Notes: a model not told the origin generated them from the letters alone. 64,000 nt of DNA from Marsupella aquatica (GCA_973895155.1 OZ316893.1:21498955-21562954); one strand, 5' to 3'; shown: positions 1 through 13,100, counted from the stretch's first letter. A program made the numbers and translations.

Positions 1-1160
1 TCTTTCCATGTGATGTGTCATTTTTGCGGAAGTAGGAACCCCAGGTTTGCTGCAACTTTCATTGGGGTTGAGTTGGGTTAGGTGGTCAGGTTAGCTGGTC
101 TGGTCTTCCCTTCAACCCCACCGTTGTTCACCATGGGGCCCTTCATAAATCTGGCCCACCAATGCCTTTATGAAAACAAAGAAAAAAAAATTAACAAGAA
201 GGATCCTGTTACACTAGCACTCTATTTGACTTAGCTGAGGAGGATATATGAAGTCAGCCATGCATGCATGCACGTTTGATGTGGATGCACTCATGATGTG
301 TGAACGTAGGGAAACGCATCTGTACATCATACAAAAACATACATACGCATACATGCATGCCTATGCACATGCACATGCATACACATGTCCACACAGTACC
401 TCCCTCATACGTACATCAGCATATACGTAGACATCGATCCAGAATCATACAATTATTTATTTTCTCTAAAACCCTTTTTCTAGGTGTGAGGTAGCCTTTT
501 TCAATCAGTTTGGGAGAGGCCAGGGGGAGAGTCCTCTCCTGGCCCTGAGGTGGTTATTGACATATACAATTTTGACACGTGAATGTTAGGGTGGCTTTAG
601 AGGATACTGGTGGCCCTTTGCTTCTTACTATTCACTCTGAAAATTGGAGAGTGTAATGAGTGGATATGGGCTGTAGTTGGCTTTACAAGAGTTGGGACCA
701 TTTAGGTATGGTGTCTTCCTTTCCTATATGGCCAGCTGTGGGCCCAAGGAAATGCTCATGTGGTATGCTTACTCCAAACATTTTCCACCATTGGTTGCTT
801 CATTCAAGTGTTTTGCATTTATTGAACTTTGCTTCAGAAGATTTGGGTATGGAGTCTATCTTTAAAACAAGAAGTGGCAGTCCAGTTAGCTTTGGTGAAA
901 AATAGTCACAAATGCCCGTGACGTGTTGTAAAGCCACCCTTCGTCATTAAATTCTCCTACATTCAAGGAGAACCATTCTACTTGGCAATTTCTCCCTCAG
1001 CAAAACATATATCTTTGCTATAATTCTCAATGAAGTGTGATTTGTCTAGTAAGTAACAAGAAAATTTGATATTTAGAATGTAGTTTTTAACTACATTGCC
1101 AAAGATGTTCCAATTGACAATACTCACATTATTTTATTATATTTCCAAATATGCCACAAT

Positions 1161-1493
1161 TGTTGGTAAGGTTAACTAGGGCACAATTTAACCTTGGTTA
1201 AGGGTTTCCGGTGAAGACTAGTCAAGAGGGGATATACCCTTGTGAGAGTATTTTTTGTGTGCTCATACTTAGGTATCAATCTGAGGAGAGGAGATTGAGA
1301 GGGAGAGAAGAATATTGTCCTAGAGCACCTTGCAAGCTTGTTAGGCTATGGCAGATGTAGATTGTGCATAGTGATTCTTCTCTTGGTCATGAATGTAGCC
1401 TAGACGGGGTAAATCACCTATCTTTGTGTCCATATTGGTTTTCTTGTTGTCGGTGGTTCTCTCTAAAGTGTGTTGTTGCGATATTTCCCAACA
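1161..1493 (+). mobile_element. Probable degenerate solo LTR (copia-related)
   Basis: TGTTG...CAACA termini, 333 bp. Flanks ACAAT/ACTAT form a 5-bp TSD with 1 mismatch. The internal motif gaatgtagcctagacggggtaaatcacctatctttgtgtc resembles ggacgtagcctcatgtggaggtgaaccacgtatctctttgtgtc in the copia LTRs of this window. Confidence 0.55.
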
Positions 1494-2184
1494 ACTATTG
1501 TTGTGTATAGATAAGGGTATATATACAAAACTGTGCCATGTTTGTAAATACAATAAAATAGATGCAACAAGTGTTATCAATTGGAACATCTTTATTGGCA
1601 AGGTAGTTAAAACTTGATTTTGACTATGGTTGTGAGCTAGTAGTGACAGGCATGGGCAGTCTGAGTACAAGGAGCCCTTCCTCTGCATGCACACAGGCTT
1701 TTGGGTCAGTGTGTTTGTTAATTAGTATAAGGTTGGTATTAAAAAGCTTTTAGGACTATGCTCAGGACTATGGTATCTAGATAAACCAGCATGACAATTT
1801 CTTTAGGGTAACTAAACTTGTAAGCATCCCCCAAACAAAAGTAAAGTAGCTTGTCTTGTTTCCCACTCACAAATAGTCTGTGGTGAGAAGAATTATTAAT
1901 CAGTCCTTTCTAGGGTTGGGATGTATATTTTATGAACCACCTAAAGGCAATAAATAAATTAGTGTTAAATAATTGGTACTTGTGTCCTCTCCTCACTTCT
2001 CATGGCCTTACAAGTGTTAGCCCCACTTTTAAAGCCCCTCCACATGTCATCCTTTAATAGACAGTTGTTTAGGTCTTTGAGATTGTGAATTTCTTTCAAA
2101 TACTGGTGGGCCTTTCATGTGATGAATTTAGTTAGTAGTCAAAGATGAAGGAGGAGAAAGATCTTGTAGCCCCTTGGAAGATAT

Positions 2185-2385
2185 AGCTTAGGGTTTAGGT
2201 TTTAGTAATCCCTCATGTATGAGATAGCCCTGAATAAAGATGGGGTCTAGGAGAAGAAAACAAAGAACACTAGGGGGAGTGACAAGCTTAGGGTTTAGGG
2301 TTTAGTAATCCCTCATGTATGAGATAGCCCTGAATAAAGATGGGCTCTAGGAGAAGAAAACAACGAACGCTAGGGGGGAGTGACA
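2185..2385. repeat. 100-bp tandem duplication containing TTAGGGTTTAGG telomere-like motifs
   Basis: agcttagggtttagg...ctagggggagtgaca occurs at 2185 and 2285 with few mismatches. Confidence 0.9.
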
Positions 2386-3636
2386 ATCCCAGAATCCCTT
2401 AATACAAAAGATACACCTTGTCTGACAAATTGAAACAAAAATATACAGTAAAATTGTCAAGAAGATAAAATAATCTGGGTAGTCTCCCAAAAAAGGTAAC
2501 ACCAGAATAATTACAAATAGTTTCTGGCCTTTTTGCCAAAGATGAAAAGCGTGACATGGGTGTTTTTTTTTCTCCCTCTCCAGGCTGAGCCTGCTGTGCA
2601 GCAACAGAAGACTTTCTAAACTGGTATAGTCCAAACATGATTGTATGCAATGCCTCTCTGAACAATGCATCTCTGAACAATGCATGCATAAATACCATGC
2701 CATACCTTGTTCAAAATATTGCACATGGAAGTGGTCATGTCCAACCCATGCTTATGTCTTGGCCACTCTGTAGGGGGCCAAGGCTAGCCACAATGGCATT
2801 TATAGTAGCCAGTTCAACGCATCCTTGCGACTTAGTTAACTAGTGTGAGACAAGCCATAGGAGTACTATGATAGGCATCAAAGGATAACCACATAGGTCA
2901 CTTAGTCTAACTGCCATCCTGTTGCCATGGGAAATTTCATGTTTCAAGATTTTGCATCACGTTATAAGAGCCTACGTGTAGAATAACCCATCCCCTCAAG
3001 AGGGCTATGGGTTAGCCCCTCAAAATCCCAGATAGAACTTCAACTACTCACATTTGGATAAGAGCTCAAATTGCAAGAAGGCCTCTCGGAGGTGCTTCAC
3101 CCTAAGTCACCAAGAGTTCCAAGCAAGACAACTTTCTGTCTCAAGCGGTTAGAGAGCTCTCTGTTAACTCGCCCTTAGTTTGTCAGATAGATTAGCAAGG
3201 GGTGATTTTATGGTGTATCAATTTTTGGGTGGCCACTGGTCTTTTAATCAATCTGATTGGCATATATAAGGGTGGGTATACAAGAAGTTGGTGGCAGTCT
3301 CAACTTTTTTCTGGTCTCCAAGATGTGATCAAGGCCATCCATTGCAGATATACAGTTGCAGTTCACTTTACAAAAAGTTGGGGATAGTCTCTTTCTATAA
3401 TGTTGCTGATCCTAAATGGAATGGAGTGGGGCCCAATTTTTGCTTATGTGAAGCACATTTTTGTCCATTATAGACCACCTCAGTTGGAGGTCTCTTCATC
3501 TGGCCTCTTTGTCCATTCAGATTCCGAGTCATTTGCATTAAAAGTGGACCTACAAGCCCTTCACAAAATCTTCTCTGTTCACATCCAAAAGGACAGACTA
3601 TAGAAAATGAACTACCTGATTTTCATGTGAAATACA

Positions 3637-3981
3637 TGTTAGGATTTACTCTTAGGTCTAGAGTTACGACTGTACCGTAGTTAAGGCTAACCTTAGTTGC
3701 AGACTTGGTTAGGTTAGTTATGTTGTGCACACTCTATAACCAAGCGGTGTTTGCTTGGAGAGGTGGAACTCAGGCTCATTCTTACGGAGCTAGTCGAGAG
3801 ATAGAGAGAGCTTGTGTTGTGGATGCTTGGTATGGCCGGTCGGCCTAGAGTGCAGTAAAGCTCTTGTGTGTTCCCGTGGACGTAGCCTCATGTGGAGGTG
3901 AACCACGTATCTCTCTGTGTCGACTCTTGTGCGTTGGATGGTTCATGGGCTTGCCGTTGCAATTGTCGTCGATGCTCAACA
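3637..3981 (+). repeat. 5' LTR of copia element 1
   Basis: Direct repeat of 9556-9900; about 6 differences by eye, all transitions. Confidence 0.97.
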
Positions 3982-4830
3982 ATTGGTATCAGAGCATGCT
4001 TGGGAGGTGACGAGGTCTTTTTTGTGACGGTTTTCCAGCATTCATTGTTGGTGTTACATTCGGAGTTTCATCGCATGAAACTCGAATGTGTGTGGCTGAA
4101 CGGATAGATTAGTGAGAGGGCTTTCTAACGGTGGTTAGAACTTGCTGATCGGAATCCGTGGTGCGGAGGAATCAAAGTTTGCGTCAATCTGGAGTTTTTT
4201 CATGTTCGACGGTATTTCGGGGAAGAGACCAGAGATCGTTTTTTCAACGGTTTGAGTTGTGCGGTGCGGGAGGTGTTGCATGTTATAGCTCATGTTGGAG
4301 GTTAAAGCGAGCTGTTCGTTTCGGTAGTTGAGTTGCTGTCGAGTGGTTACCGAGTGCGTCATGACGAGTGAAGGAGACGTTCAGATTTTTTTCACAGGCT
4401 ATGGAGCTTGTTCTCATCTGAACCGGGTTACTCGTTGTCACGTCCAACTCGGAGGAAGAAATGCGAAGTGCTATGGCTCAATGTTTGGATCGCAACAAGA
4501 CGGTCATTTTGGGTCCGGGATTGGCACTTGACGCGGAGTGAGTGTGACACGACGGAAGATATTTTTTCTCTGCTGAGCTCGCAGATTGTGTCGGCACAAT
4601 TTGGCAATATTTCCCCGTCGGCAGTCATCGTTTTTACTCGTGGAATTGGCGGCAGCTAGCAACGTTGGATGTTGGCAAATTGTGTTTCCTACGGCAACGT
4701 AACGCGCCGCGGAGAGGTGAGGTGCGGCGGCGACCTAGGGCACAAGGAAAACGACAAAGTTAGTGAATAGTAACTTTGTCCGGGAATTGCTGCGGGATTT
4801 TTGCAGCAACAAGGTTTCAAAGGGTGACTC

Positions 4831-5002
4831 GAGGGAGCTTCGCCCCAAGGGCGACCCAAGAGAGCCTCGCCCCAAGGGCGACCCGACTGGAGCCTCACCC
4901 CAAGGGCGACCCAAGGGAGCCTCGCCCCAAGGGCGATCCGGAGTGACCCGAGGGAGCCTCGCCCCAAGGGCGACCCGAGGGAGCCTCGTTTCAAGGGTGA
5001 CC
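4831..5002 (+). repeat. ~27-bp tandem array (about 6 units) in the copia-1 5' leader; each unit has a TCGCCC-CAA-GGGCGA hairpin
   Basis: Unit gagggagcctcgccccaagggcgaccc is repeated from 4831 to ~5002. Confidence 0.9.
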
Positions 5003-5331
5003 AAAATTTGTATAATTTTTTCCGTCAAAGTTTGTTTTTAATTTTGGTCTTCAGTGTTGGACTCCTAGCTTTGTGGGCTACGCATCGGTGTTCAGTTTTG
5101 AGTTTTTTGAGAAATTGTGAAAAATGACATTTTTTGTGATTTTCTCATATGAGTGATTCGGAGGAGATTTTCGAAGACCTGGAACTTGAAGCACGAGGAT
5201 CACCGCAGCGGTTTGAATTAGAGAGAGAGGAGCAGGAGGAAGAGCACATGACACCAGTACCATCACCGGTGTAACGAGTGGTGGAGGAAGCAGTTCTACT
5301 ACCGGAGCTCACGGTAGTACCAAAGAAGAAG

Positions 5332-8300
5332 ATGGGTACGGTCAAGCTTGGGGGACCCAAGTATGAAGTGACAAAGTATGATGGGCGCTCTGACTACTTG
5401 GTTTGGGAGAAACAGGTGAAGGGAGTGCTCTATGCTTCAGGGATGGGCCAACTGCTAAGCCCTCGTGAAAACGATGTTGATGAGAAACAATGGGACTGCA
5501 TGCAAGAGCAGGGAGTGTGGTGTGTTACACTCTATCTCATGCCTCCCATCATCAAGCAGTTGGGTGCACATAAGGACTGCATGTCCTTGTTTGCGGAATT
5601 GCAGAGCAAGTATCACCGCAAGGAGTTGTCAAACCGGCTCTATACTTCCTACAAACTGATGAGTTTCAGGATGAAAGAATCCGGTACGAAGTTGCGGTCG
5701 TTGACTTGGAAAACCTTGGGGAGACTTTGAATGATGAGACGAAGGCTCTGCAGCTTCTCAGTTCATTGCCTCCATCTTACCAATCCCTATCACGGGTTTT
5801 GTTGCATCGTGAAAGGGATACCATTTCATACAATGACGTGGTAAGTTCTCTGCTTAGTGATGATCTTCAGCAAAAGATGCACATCACGTCACAGCCTTCA
5901 TCCTCTGGTATTGCCCTCAATGTTAACCGTGGGAGGAGTATGCAACGACCAACTGGGAACCGTAGAACCCAGTTTAGATCTAAATCCAGATCTAAGTCCA
6001 GAGGCAAATCCCCTCAAAGAAGGCAGGTGACATGTTGGAAGTGCAACTAGGTTGGACACTTCAAGCGAGACTGTAAGGGAAAGGCAGCTGAATCTTCATC
6101 GGTAAATGTGGCTAGGGCTGATGGAGATGCTAATTTACTCAATGATGAGTATGTATTATGATGCCAGGGGTATGTCTTGTGCACGTCATCTAGGAGAGCA
6201 GATGACGTGTGGATTCTTGATTGTGCTTGCTCTTTTCACATTTGTTACATTCGAGAGTTTTTCAGTTCTTACTCTGTTTCAAACAGTTCAGTTTTGATGG
6301 AAAATGATCACTCTTGTCAAATTGAGGGTATTGGGTCTGTGAAGATTCAAATGTTTGATGACACTATACGCACAATGTTCGAAGTCAGGTATGTACCTGG
6401 CATGCGTAAGAATTTGATTTCACTGGGTGTGTTGGATTCAAATGGTCATCAATAGAGCGTTATTGATGGTGAACTTCAAGTCAGGTCGGGAGAGACAGTG
6501 ATCTTGAAGGGGAGCAGACAGAAAAATTTATGTGTTGCAGGGCAATGCTATATGTGGAGAGGCCAATGTAACCAAGTCTCACGAGGAGATGACTCAACTA
6601 TGACATTCACGGCTAGGCCACATGAGTGAGAAGGGTTTGGCTATCTTACGGAAGAATAGACTCATTTCTAATTTGCAATCTTATAAATTAGAGTTCTGTG
6701 AGCATTGCATTCTTGGAAAGCAACATCGTCGTGCTTTCGGTGTTGGAACACATCGTTCCAAGACGATTCTTGAGTACATACATAGTGACGTGTGGGGTCC
6801 ATCCCCAACTCCCTCACACTCTGGAAAGTTGTACTATGTATTATTTATTGACGATTACTCAAGATTTGTGTGAATTTATTTCATGACGCATAAGTCTGAT
6901 GTCTTATCCATTTTTAAGAAGTGGAAGGCCCAGGTGGAGAATCAGACTGGAAACACGGTCAAGTATTTGGATACAAGGGTGAAAAGTCTGAGGTCAGACA
7001 ACGGCGGGGAATACACTTCAGTGGAATTTGAAGAGTACTATTCAGAACAGGGGATAACTCGCCATCTCACCACAGTTTATACTCCGCAGCAGAATGGTGT
7101 CGCTGAGAGGCTCAATCGGACACTATTGGAGCGGTCACAGAGTATGTTGAGCCAATCAGGTTTATCACAGGAATTTTGGGCAGAAGCTGTCAATACCGCA
7201 GCTTATTTGGTAAATCTTTCTCCTTCTAGTGCTATCAATTTCAAAACGCCATTTGAGATGCGCTATAAGCGGCAAGCAAACTATCATGGCTTGGTAGTTT
7301 TTGGAAGTGATGCATATACTCTCACACCAAAGCAGAATAGGACCAAGTTGGATCCTACATCCAAGAAATGTATTTTTCTTGGGTACCAGAGTGGTGTGAA
7401 AGCCTATAGGCTATGGGATTCTATTGCATGTAAGCTCGTTGTCAATAGGGATGTTTTCTTCAATGAATCCAGATTATTGAAGGAGGTGGAGAATACTCAG
7501 GTCTCCCGTACTGACAAAGGAAAATCTCCTATCCTGGATCTCGTTGAGGGGGAGATTGGTCATGAGGTGCATGATCGGAGAGAAGGAGTTGCTCCAATTA
7601 TGGAGCTGGTTCTTGTGCCAGAGGAACCATAGGAGTTTGTTGATGTTGGTGAGCAGCAAGTGGATGTTGTTGAGCTTCAAATTGTACCAGCTAACGCAGA
7701 TCAACCGGAGTCATCGGCTAGAAGAACATTTGGTCGCACTGTACGCGCTCCACCAAGGTATGGACAATGGGTTGATTCATCTCAGTTGCAAGAGAAGGAT
7801 TTTGTTACTGAAGATGAGGGTGATGCGTTGATACTAGAAGAAGGGGAACCTTCTTCATTTCATGAGGCAAGTGCTTCTAAGGAGCCCGCTAAGGAGAAGC
7901 AGGAGTGGACTGTAGCAATGCAAACGGAGATGCAGTCATTGAAGGACAACAAAACTTGGGAGCTTGTCAAGCTGCCTGAGGGACAGCAAGTGGTGGACAA
8001 CAAGTGGATATACAAGCTAAAGGATCAGTCCATAGGAGGTGGATCGAAGGTCTACAAGGCTAGGTTGGTAGCCAAAGGATTCACACAGGAAAAAGGTGTG
8101 GATTATAATGAGGTCTTCTCACCAGTTGCTAAGTACTCAACAATACGACTATTGTGTGTGCTTGTTGTAATGTTTGGTCTGCTGCTAGATCAGATGGATG
8201 TTGTCACAGCCTTTCTCTATGGCACCTTGGAAGAGGTGATCTTCATGAGACAACCACTAGGTTTTGTGAAGAGAGGGCAAGAGGATTTGGTTTGCAGATT

Positions 8301-9444
8301 GCTGAGATCCTTGTACGGGTTGAAACAGTCACCAAGATAGTGGAATAAGCAGTTTGATGATTGGATTCGTGCACAAGGCTTTCACAGGAGTGTGTTTGAC
8401 CCATGTGTGTATCTTAAACCGGTGAAGAATGTTGTCTTTGGGTTCATTGTTTTAGTACTTTATGTGGATGACATGCTTATTGCGGCCAAAGACAGGTGTG
8501 AGATTGTTAAGCTCAAGGCACTGCTAAGTGTAGAGTTTAAGATGAAGGACTTAGGGCCAGCTAAGAGGATTTTGGGTATGGAAATCACTAGGGACTTGGA
8601 GGCTGGCAAGCTATGGTTGACGCAAAGCAGTTACGCGAGGAAGGTAATTGCAAGGTTCAACGTGGGGGATAGCAAGCCAGTAAGTACCCCGTTGGCTCCA
8701 CACTTGAAGTTGTCATCAGCATTTTGTCCTACGGATGAGACAGAGAAAGGGCTGATGTCAAAGGTTCCTTATGACAAGGCAATGGGGAGTCTCATGTATT
8801 TGATGACCTGCACTAAACCTGATCTTGCCATGGTTATGGGTAAGGTGAGCAGGTACATGTCGAATCTAGGGAAGGTACACTGGGAAGCAGTGAAGTGGAT
8901 TATTCGGTACTTGAAAGGTATCGTGGATCATGGTCTATTGTTTGATGCACATGCTGATAATGCTAGATCATTGATGGGCTATGTAGATGCTGACTATGCA
9001 CAGGATCTGGATCGGAGGAGGTCAACAACAGGTTATGTGTTCACATTAGGAGGTGGATGCATAAGTTGGAGGTCTACTCTGCAGAAGTGTATTGCTCAGT
9101 CTACTATAGAAGCGGAGTATGTTGCAGCAGCGAAAGCAACAAAGAAAGCGATTTGGTTGGATAGACTTATCATTGAGATGGGATTGTCACAGGGGAATGT
9201 GAAGCTCCATTGTGATAGTCAGAGTGCGCTCCATCTTGCTGTAAACCAGGTAATGGACAGCAGAGTGAAGCACATCGATGTCAGGTACCATTTTATCAGG
9301 CAGGCTGTGTCTGATAATCAATTTGAGCTAGTCAAGATTGACGGTAAACTCAACCCAGCTGACACTTTTACCAAAGTGATTCCTTTGGAGAGGTTTTCTA
9401 GACATCGTGATGCGTTGCAGGTTTTGCAATTGCCTCACAAGTAG
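5332..9444 (+). pseudogene. Disrupted gag-pol polyprotein of copia element 1
   Basis: ORF fragments 5278-5730, 5706-6050, 6177-6455, 6622-6873, 6883-7632, 7660-8340 and 8392-9444, separated by stops and frameshifts. Confidence 0.93.
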
Positions 9445-9555
9445 GGTTACTTAAGATTTGTGTAGATACTGAGATATGCTCTTGCTCATTCCTTGTATAG
9501 GCTACGGCTTAGTTCTAGTCTACTCTCATATAAAGAGGGAAAAACCGGTTTGGTT

Positions 9556-9900
9556 TGTTAGGATTTACTCTTAGGTCTAGAGTTACGACTGTACCATAGT
9601 TAAGGCTAACCTTAGTTGCAGACTTGGTTAGGTTAGTCATGTTGTGCACACTCTATAACCAAACGGTGTTTGCTTGGAGAGGTGGAACTCAGGCTCATTC
9701 TTACGGAGCTAGTTGAGAGATAGAGAGAGCTTGTGCTGTGGATGCTTGGTATGGCCGGTCGGCCTAGAGTGCAGTAAAGCTCTTGTGTGTTCCCGTGGAC
9801 GTAGCCTCATGTGGAGGTGAACCACGTATCTCTTTGTGTCGACTCTTGTGCGTTGGATGGTTCATGGGCTTGCCGTTGCAATTGTCGTCGATGCTCAACA
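9556..9900 (+). repeat. 3' LTR of copia element 1
   Basis: Matches 3637-3981 and is followed by TSD ATACA. Confidence 0.97.
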
Positions 9901-10299
9901 ATACAGGTCCCCAATTTGTCTCTTAGCAAATGAGTCCAGCTACACTTGCTGCAATTAGGGTTACAAGACGTTGGGGGCCATAAAAGGATTCTAAAAATCT
10001 TTTAACCCTAACAGGTACAGTATCTTTAGTATCTCAAACGAAAGTCAAGCTTGCTTTGGTGAAAAGTTCACAAACGCCCCTGCACTCTAATGCCCGACCG
10101 ACACTTGACTGGCAGGCCAAAGAACTACCTGACTTACACATGTGATGGACCCTTAGAAAATGAGTCCAGTATCACTTGGTACAGTTAGTTTACAAGGTGT
10201 TGGGGCCCATAAAAGGCTTTCAAAAATTCTTCTAGCCCTGTTGCACTATGTTTAGTGTCTCAAATGGCACTCAAATTTGCTTTTGAGAAATAAGTTCCC

Positions 10300-11460
10300 C
10301 CACACTCTTGTAAAGTCCCAAACGAGCCTTGACTGGCCTGAATAATAACAATGGAATTGTAAAATTTGTTGAAGCTTGAGAGCATTTAAAAGCCACCCTA
10401 ACTCTATTGTCCCTAACAAGACTTGACTCGTCCAAGCAATAATAATAGAGGTGTAATCTTACTTTAAAAGAGCAAACCCCAAGTTAATGTTGGGGTCTAG
10501 GCTTCTAGAGTGAACCCAAAGACTCATCAATATTATGTATGTCAAATGATAATTATCCATGCTTTTTGTCATGGTTTCTATTTACATTCAAAGGATGTGC
10601 ATTAGGCTCATCCTTGGTGAGACCGAAGAACCTTTAAAAACACACCCACCCTAATTCCGTTGTCCCGAGACTTGATTACAGTAGTCTTGTAAAGCCCCCT
10701 TAACCATATTGTCCCAAACAAGCCTTGACTGGCCTGAGTGATAACGATCGAACTGAAATCTTTCGTGAAGCCGGGGAACCGTTAAAATGGACCCTAACTC
10801 TATTGTCCCGAACGACTTGACTCGCCGGATTAATAATATTAGAACTGTAATTTATCGTGAAGCCGGAGAACCGTTAGCCACCCTAACTCTATTGTCCCGA
10901 ACGAGACTTGACTCGCCGCCTCAATAATAATTACAGAACTGAACTCTTTCGTGAACCCGGCGAACCGTTAAAAGCCACCCTAACTCTATTGTCCCTGACA
11001 GACTTGACTCGCCGGAGCAATAATAAGAGAACTGTAATCTTCCGTGAAGACCGCCGGGGAACCGTTAAAAACCACCCTAAGTCTGTTCTCCCGAACAGAC
11101 TTGCCTCGCCGGAGTAATAATACTAATAAGAGAACTGTAATCTTTCGTAGCAGCGGAACCGTTAAAAGCCACCCTAACCCCGTTGTCCCCAACGAGACTC
11201 GAGTCGCCGGAGCAATAATACTCCCGTAGAACTGTACTAATCGTTCGTGAAGCCCGCCGGGGAACCAAAAACTCTGTTGTCCCCAACGCGACTTGAGTTG
11301 CCGGAGAAATAATACTCCCGTAGAACTGTAATAATCTTTCGTGAAGGCCGCCGGGGAACATCAAACTCTGTTGTCCCGAACTCGGCTTGAGTCGCCGGAG
11401 GGAGAAAATGGAACTGTAATAATATGTTTCGCGGTACCGGGGAACCGTTCTGCTGCTTTA
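10300..11460. repeat. ~90-100-bp tandem repeat array (about 8 good units plus decayed upstream units) upstream of the ARID gene
   Basis: GAACTG anchor recurs at ~10750, 10842, 10936, 11029, 11132, 11229, 11323 and 11411. Consensus gaactgtaatctttcgtgaagccggggaaccgttaaaagccaccctaactctattgtcccgaacgagacttgactcgccggagcaataata. Confidence 0.9.
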
Positions 11461-11951
11461 CAGTCTCCCCAACGTCCGGAGAGCGAAACACCGACTGACT
11501 GTTGAGGAGAGTGTCTGGAGAGGGGGGGGGTGGGGGGAGAGAAAATCTTCGAGCAAGATCGGGATTTGGGGTGGCGCAAGATTGGGGATTTGGTTGGGCC
11601 CGCTCGCTTGCCCGTTGGTGGTGGTTCCCTTGCCTGCCTGCCCGCCTTACGTGGGTGTGTGCGTGCGTCCCTCTGCTCCTGCTCCTGCTGTGCAGCGCGA
11701 GCGAGCGGGCGAGCGAGAGAGCGAGAGAGCAGCGAGCGAACGAGCGAAGAGTAAGTATCTGATTCGGAGCTTTGGCGTCGTCGCTCCCTTTTCTTCGTGC
11801 GTGTTTTGTTCGCGCTTTTGATCGGGACGGTCTCTCCTCCAAGAGAATGAATGGGAGGTTTGCTAGCGTGAGAGAATGAGAGCAGTTGCTGGTGGAAAGG
11901 CTACACACAGTGCTGTTTGCAGAGCCGCTTATTCCATGGAGAGTTATTAGA

Positions 11952-11994
<43 letters not shown>

Positions 11995-13100
11995 TCGCGA
12001 AAATAATTTTCTTCTCCTGGCTTTTATTTTGCGCTTCCGTCGGCTCTTGTAGGGTTTTGCTCGACTCTGCTCGGTTAGTTGGTTAGTTCTGGCCGCTGGA
12101 GTGACTGACTGGTCGCGCATTGTGTCGAGCTGTGCTGCTGCCATCGGCTCCAGTTTGTGGAGCAGTGTGGAGAGTGAGAGCCGCTACCTCGGTGTTTGTG
12201 TCTGTTGTGGAGTCCGTTCCACTCTGCTCGTGGGGTTAGTTTGACCCACCGCTCGAGTGTGCATTGCAATACTGCAGGCTCCAGCCTCCTGCACGCGCGC
12301 GAGAGAGAGAGCCTGGCTCGCGTTCGTTCTTTCTGAAGCCACGTCACCGCAAAAATACGAGCGAGACAAGTCGAGTGGTGATATCCCAGCGAGCAACCGT
12401 TACTGCTACTACTACTACCAGTGCTCCTCCTGTCTCGATTAATTAACGTGAGTTTTCCTCTTGCCTGGCCTGGCCTGATTGCTTGCTTGCGTGACTGCTT
12501 GACAATCTGCCTGCTGCTCGTTTGCGAGTTTTTTTTTTTCCCCTTCGTTCTTTGGTAGGAGTTCTCCACCAAGCAAAGCGGTGGCAGGGAAGGAAGAGAA
12601 GAAGGAAGGGTGTGCGGTGGTGCTACTGTTGTGTATGGGTGTGGTGTGCTGTGTGGTTTCTGTAGAGTACTGACGAAGGGGAGTGCTCAATTGTTAGGTC
12701 GTCGTCGTCCGTTCGTCCGTTCGTTCGTTGAGGGTTGGTTTTTGGTTCGTTGGGTTGTGTTTCAGCCGCCCATTTTGCCAAGATCTTTCGATGACTCGGT
12801 GATCTTCGTCGTCTTTTCTCTTGAAGTAAGAGATTGGCGGGGGCTTGGGTGTCTTCGCTGGGCTTGACTGGCTTGGCTTGGGCTGTCCCTCCCTCCCTCT
12901 CCCGCTAGGTTGGTGGCTGGCTGGGTGGCTGCTCTGCTCTGCTCTGAACTGCTGCTTCTGTGGCCTGCTCGGTTGGTGTCTTCTGGGACAACTACAATGC
13001 ACACACTATTAATAATTACTACTGTGCCTGTTCGCGGTGACGAAAATCAAATCAAGACCTCTTGAACCCACGCATCTTGTCACAGACGAATTCGGTTGTC

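Larger units (their letters stand above)
3637..9900 (+). mobile_element. Full-length Ty1/copia LTR retrotransposon (Tnt1-like), decayed
   Basis: 345-bp TG..CA LTRs at 3637-3981 and 9556-9900. TSD ATACA at 3632-3636 and 9901-9905. PBS TGGTATCAGAGC (tRNA-iMet) at 3984-3995. Domains in copia order: gag with zinc knuckle, protease (WILDCACSFH), integrase (HSDVWGP, RSDNGGEY, QQNGVAER), RT (YKARLVAKGF, LYVDDM), RNase H (DADYA, CDSQSAL, KHIDVRYHF). Confidence 0.97.

Noticed and set aside
4831-5002. CRISPR-like palindromic repeats and overlapping ORFs 4689-5041
   Set aside because: No spacers; the ORFs are by-products of the 27-bp GC-rich repeat inside a retrotransposon leader.
10750-11460. CRISPR-like array
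   Set aside because: Whole units are homologous with no unique spacers, there are no cas genes and the context is eukaryotic; this is a tandem repeat.
11237-13004. Multiple 60-220-aa ORFs
   Set aside because: Simple-repeat-rich promoter, 5'UTR and intron of the ARID gene; no coding signature.
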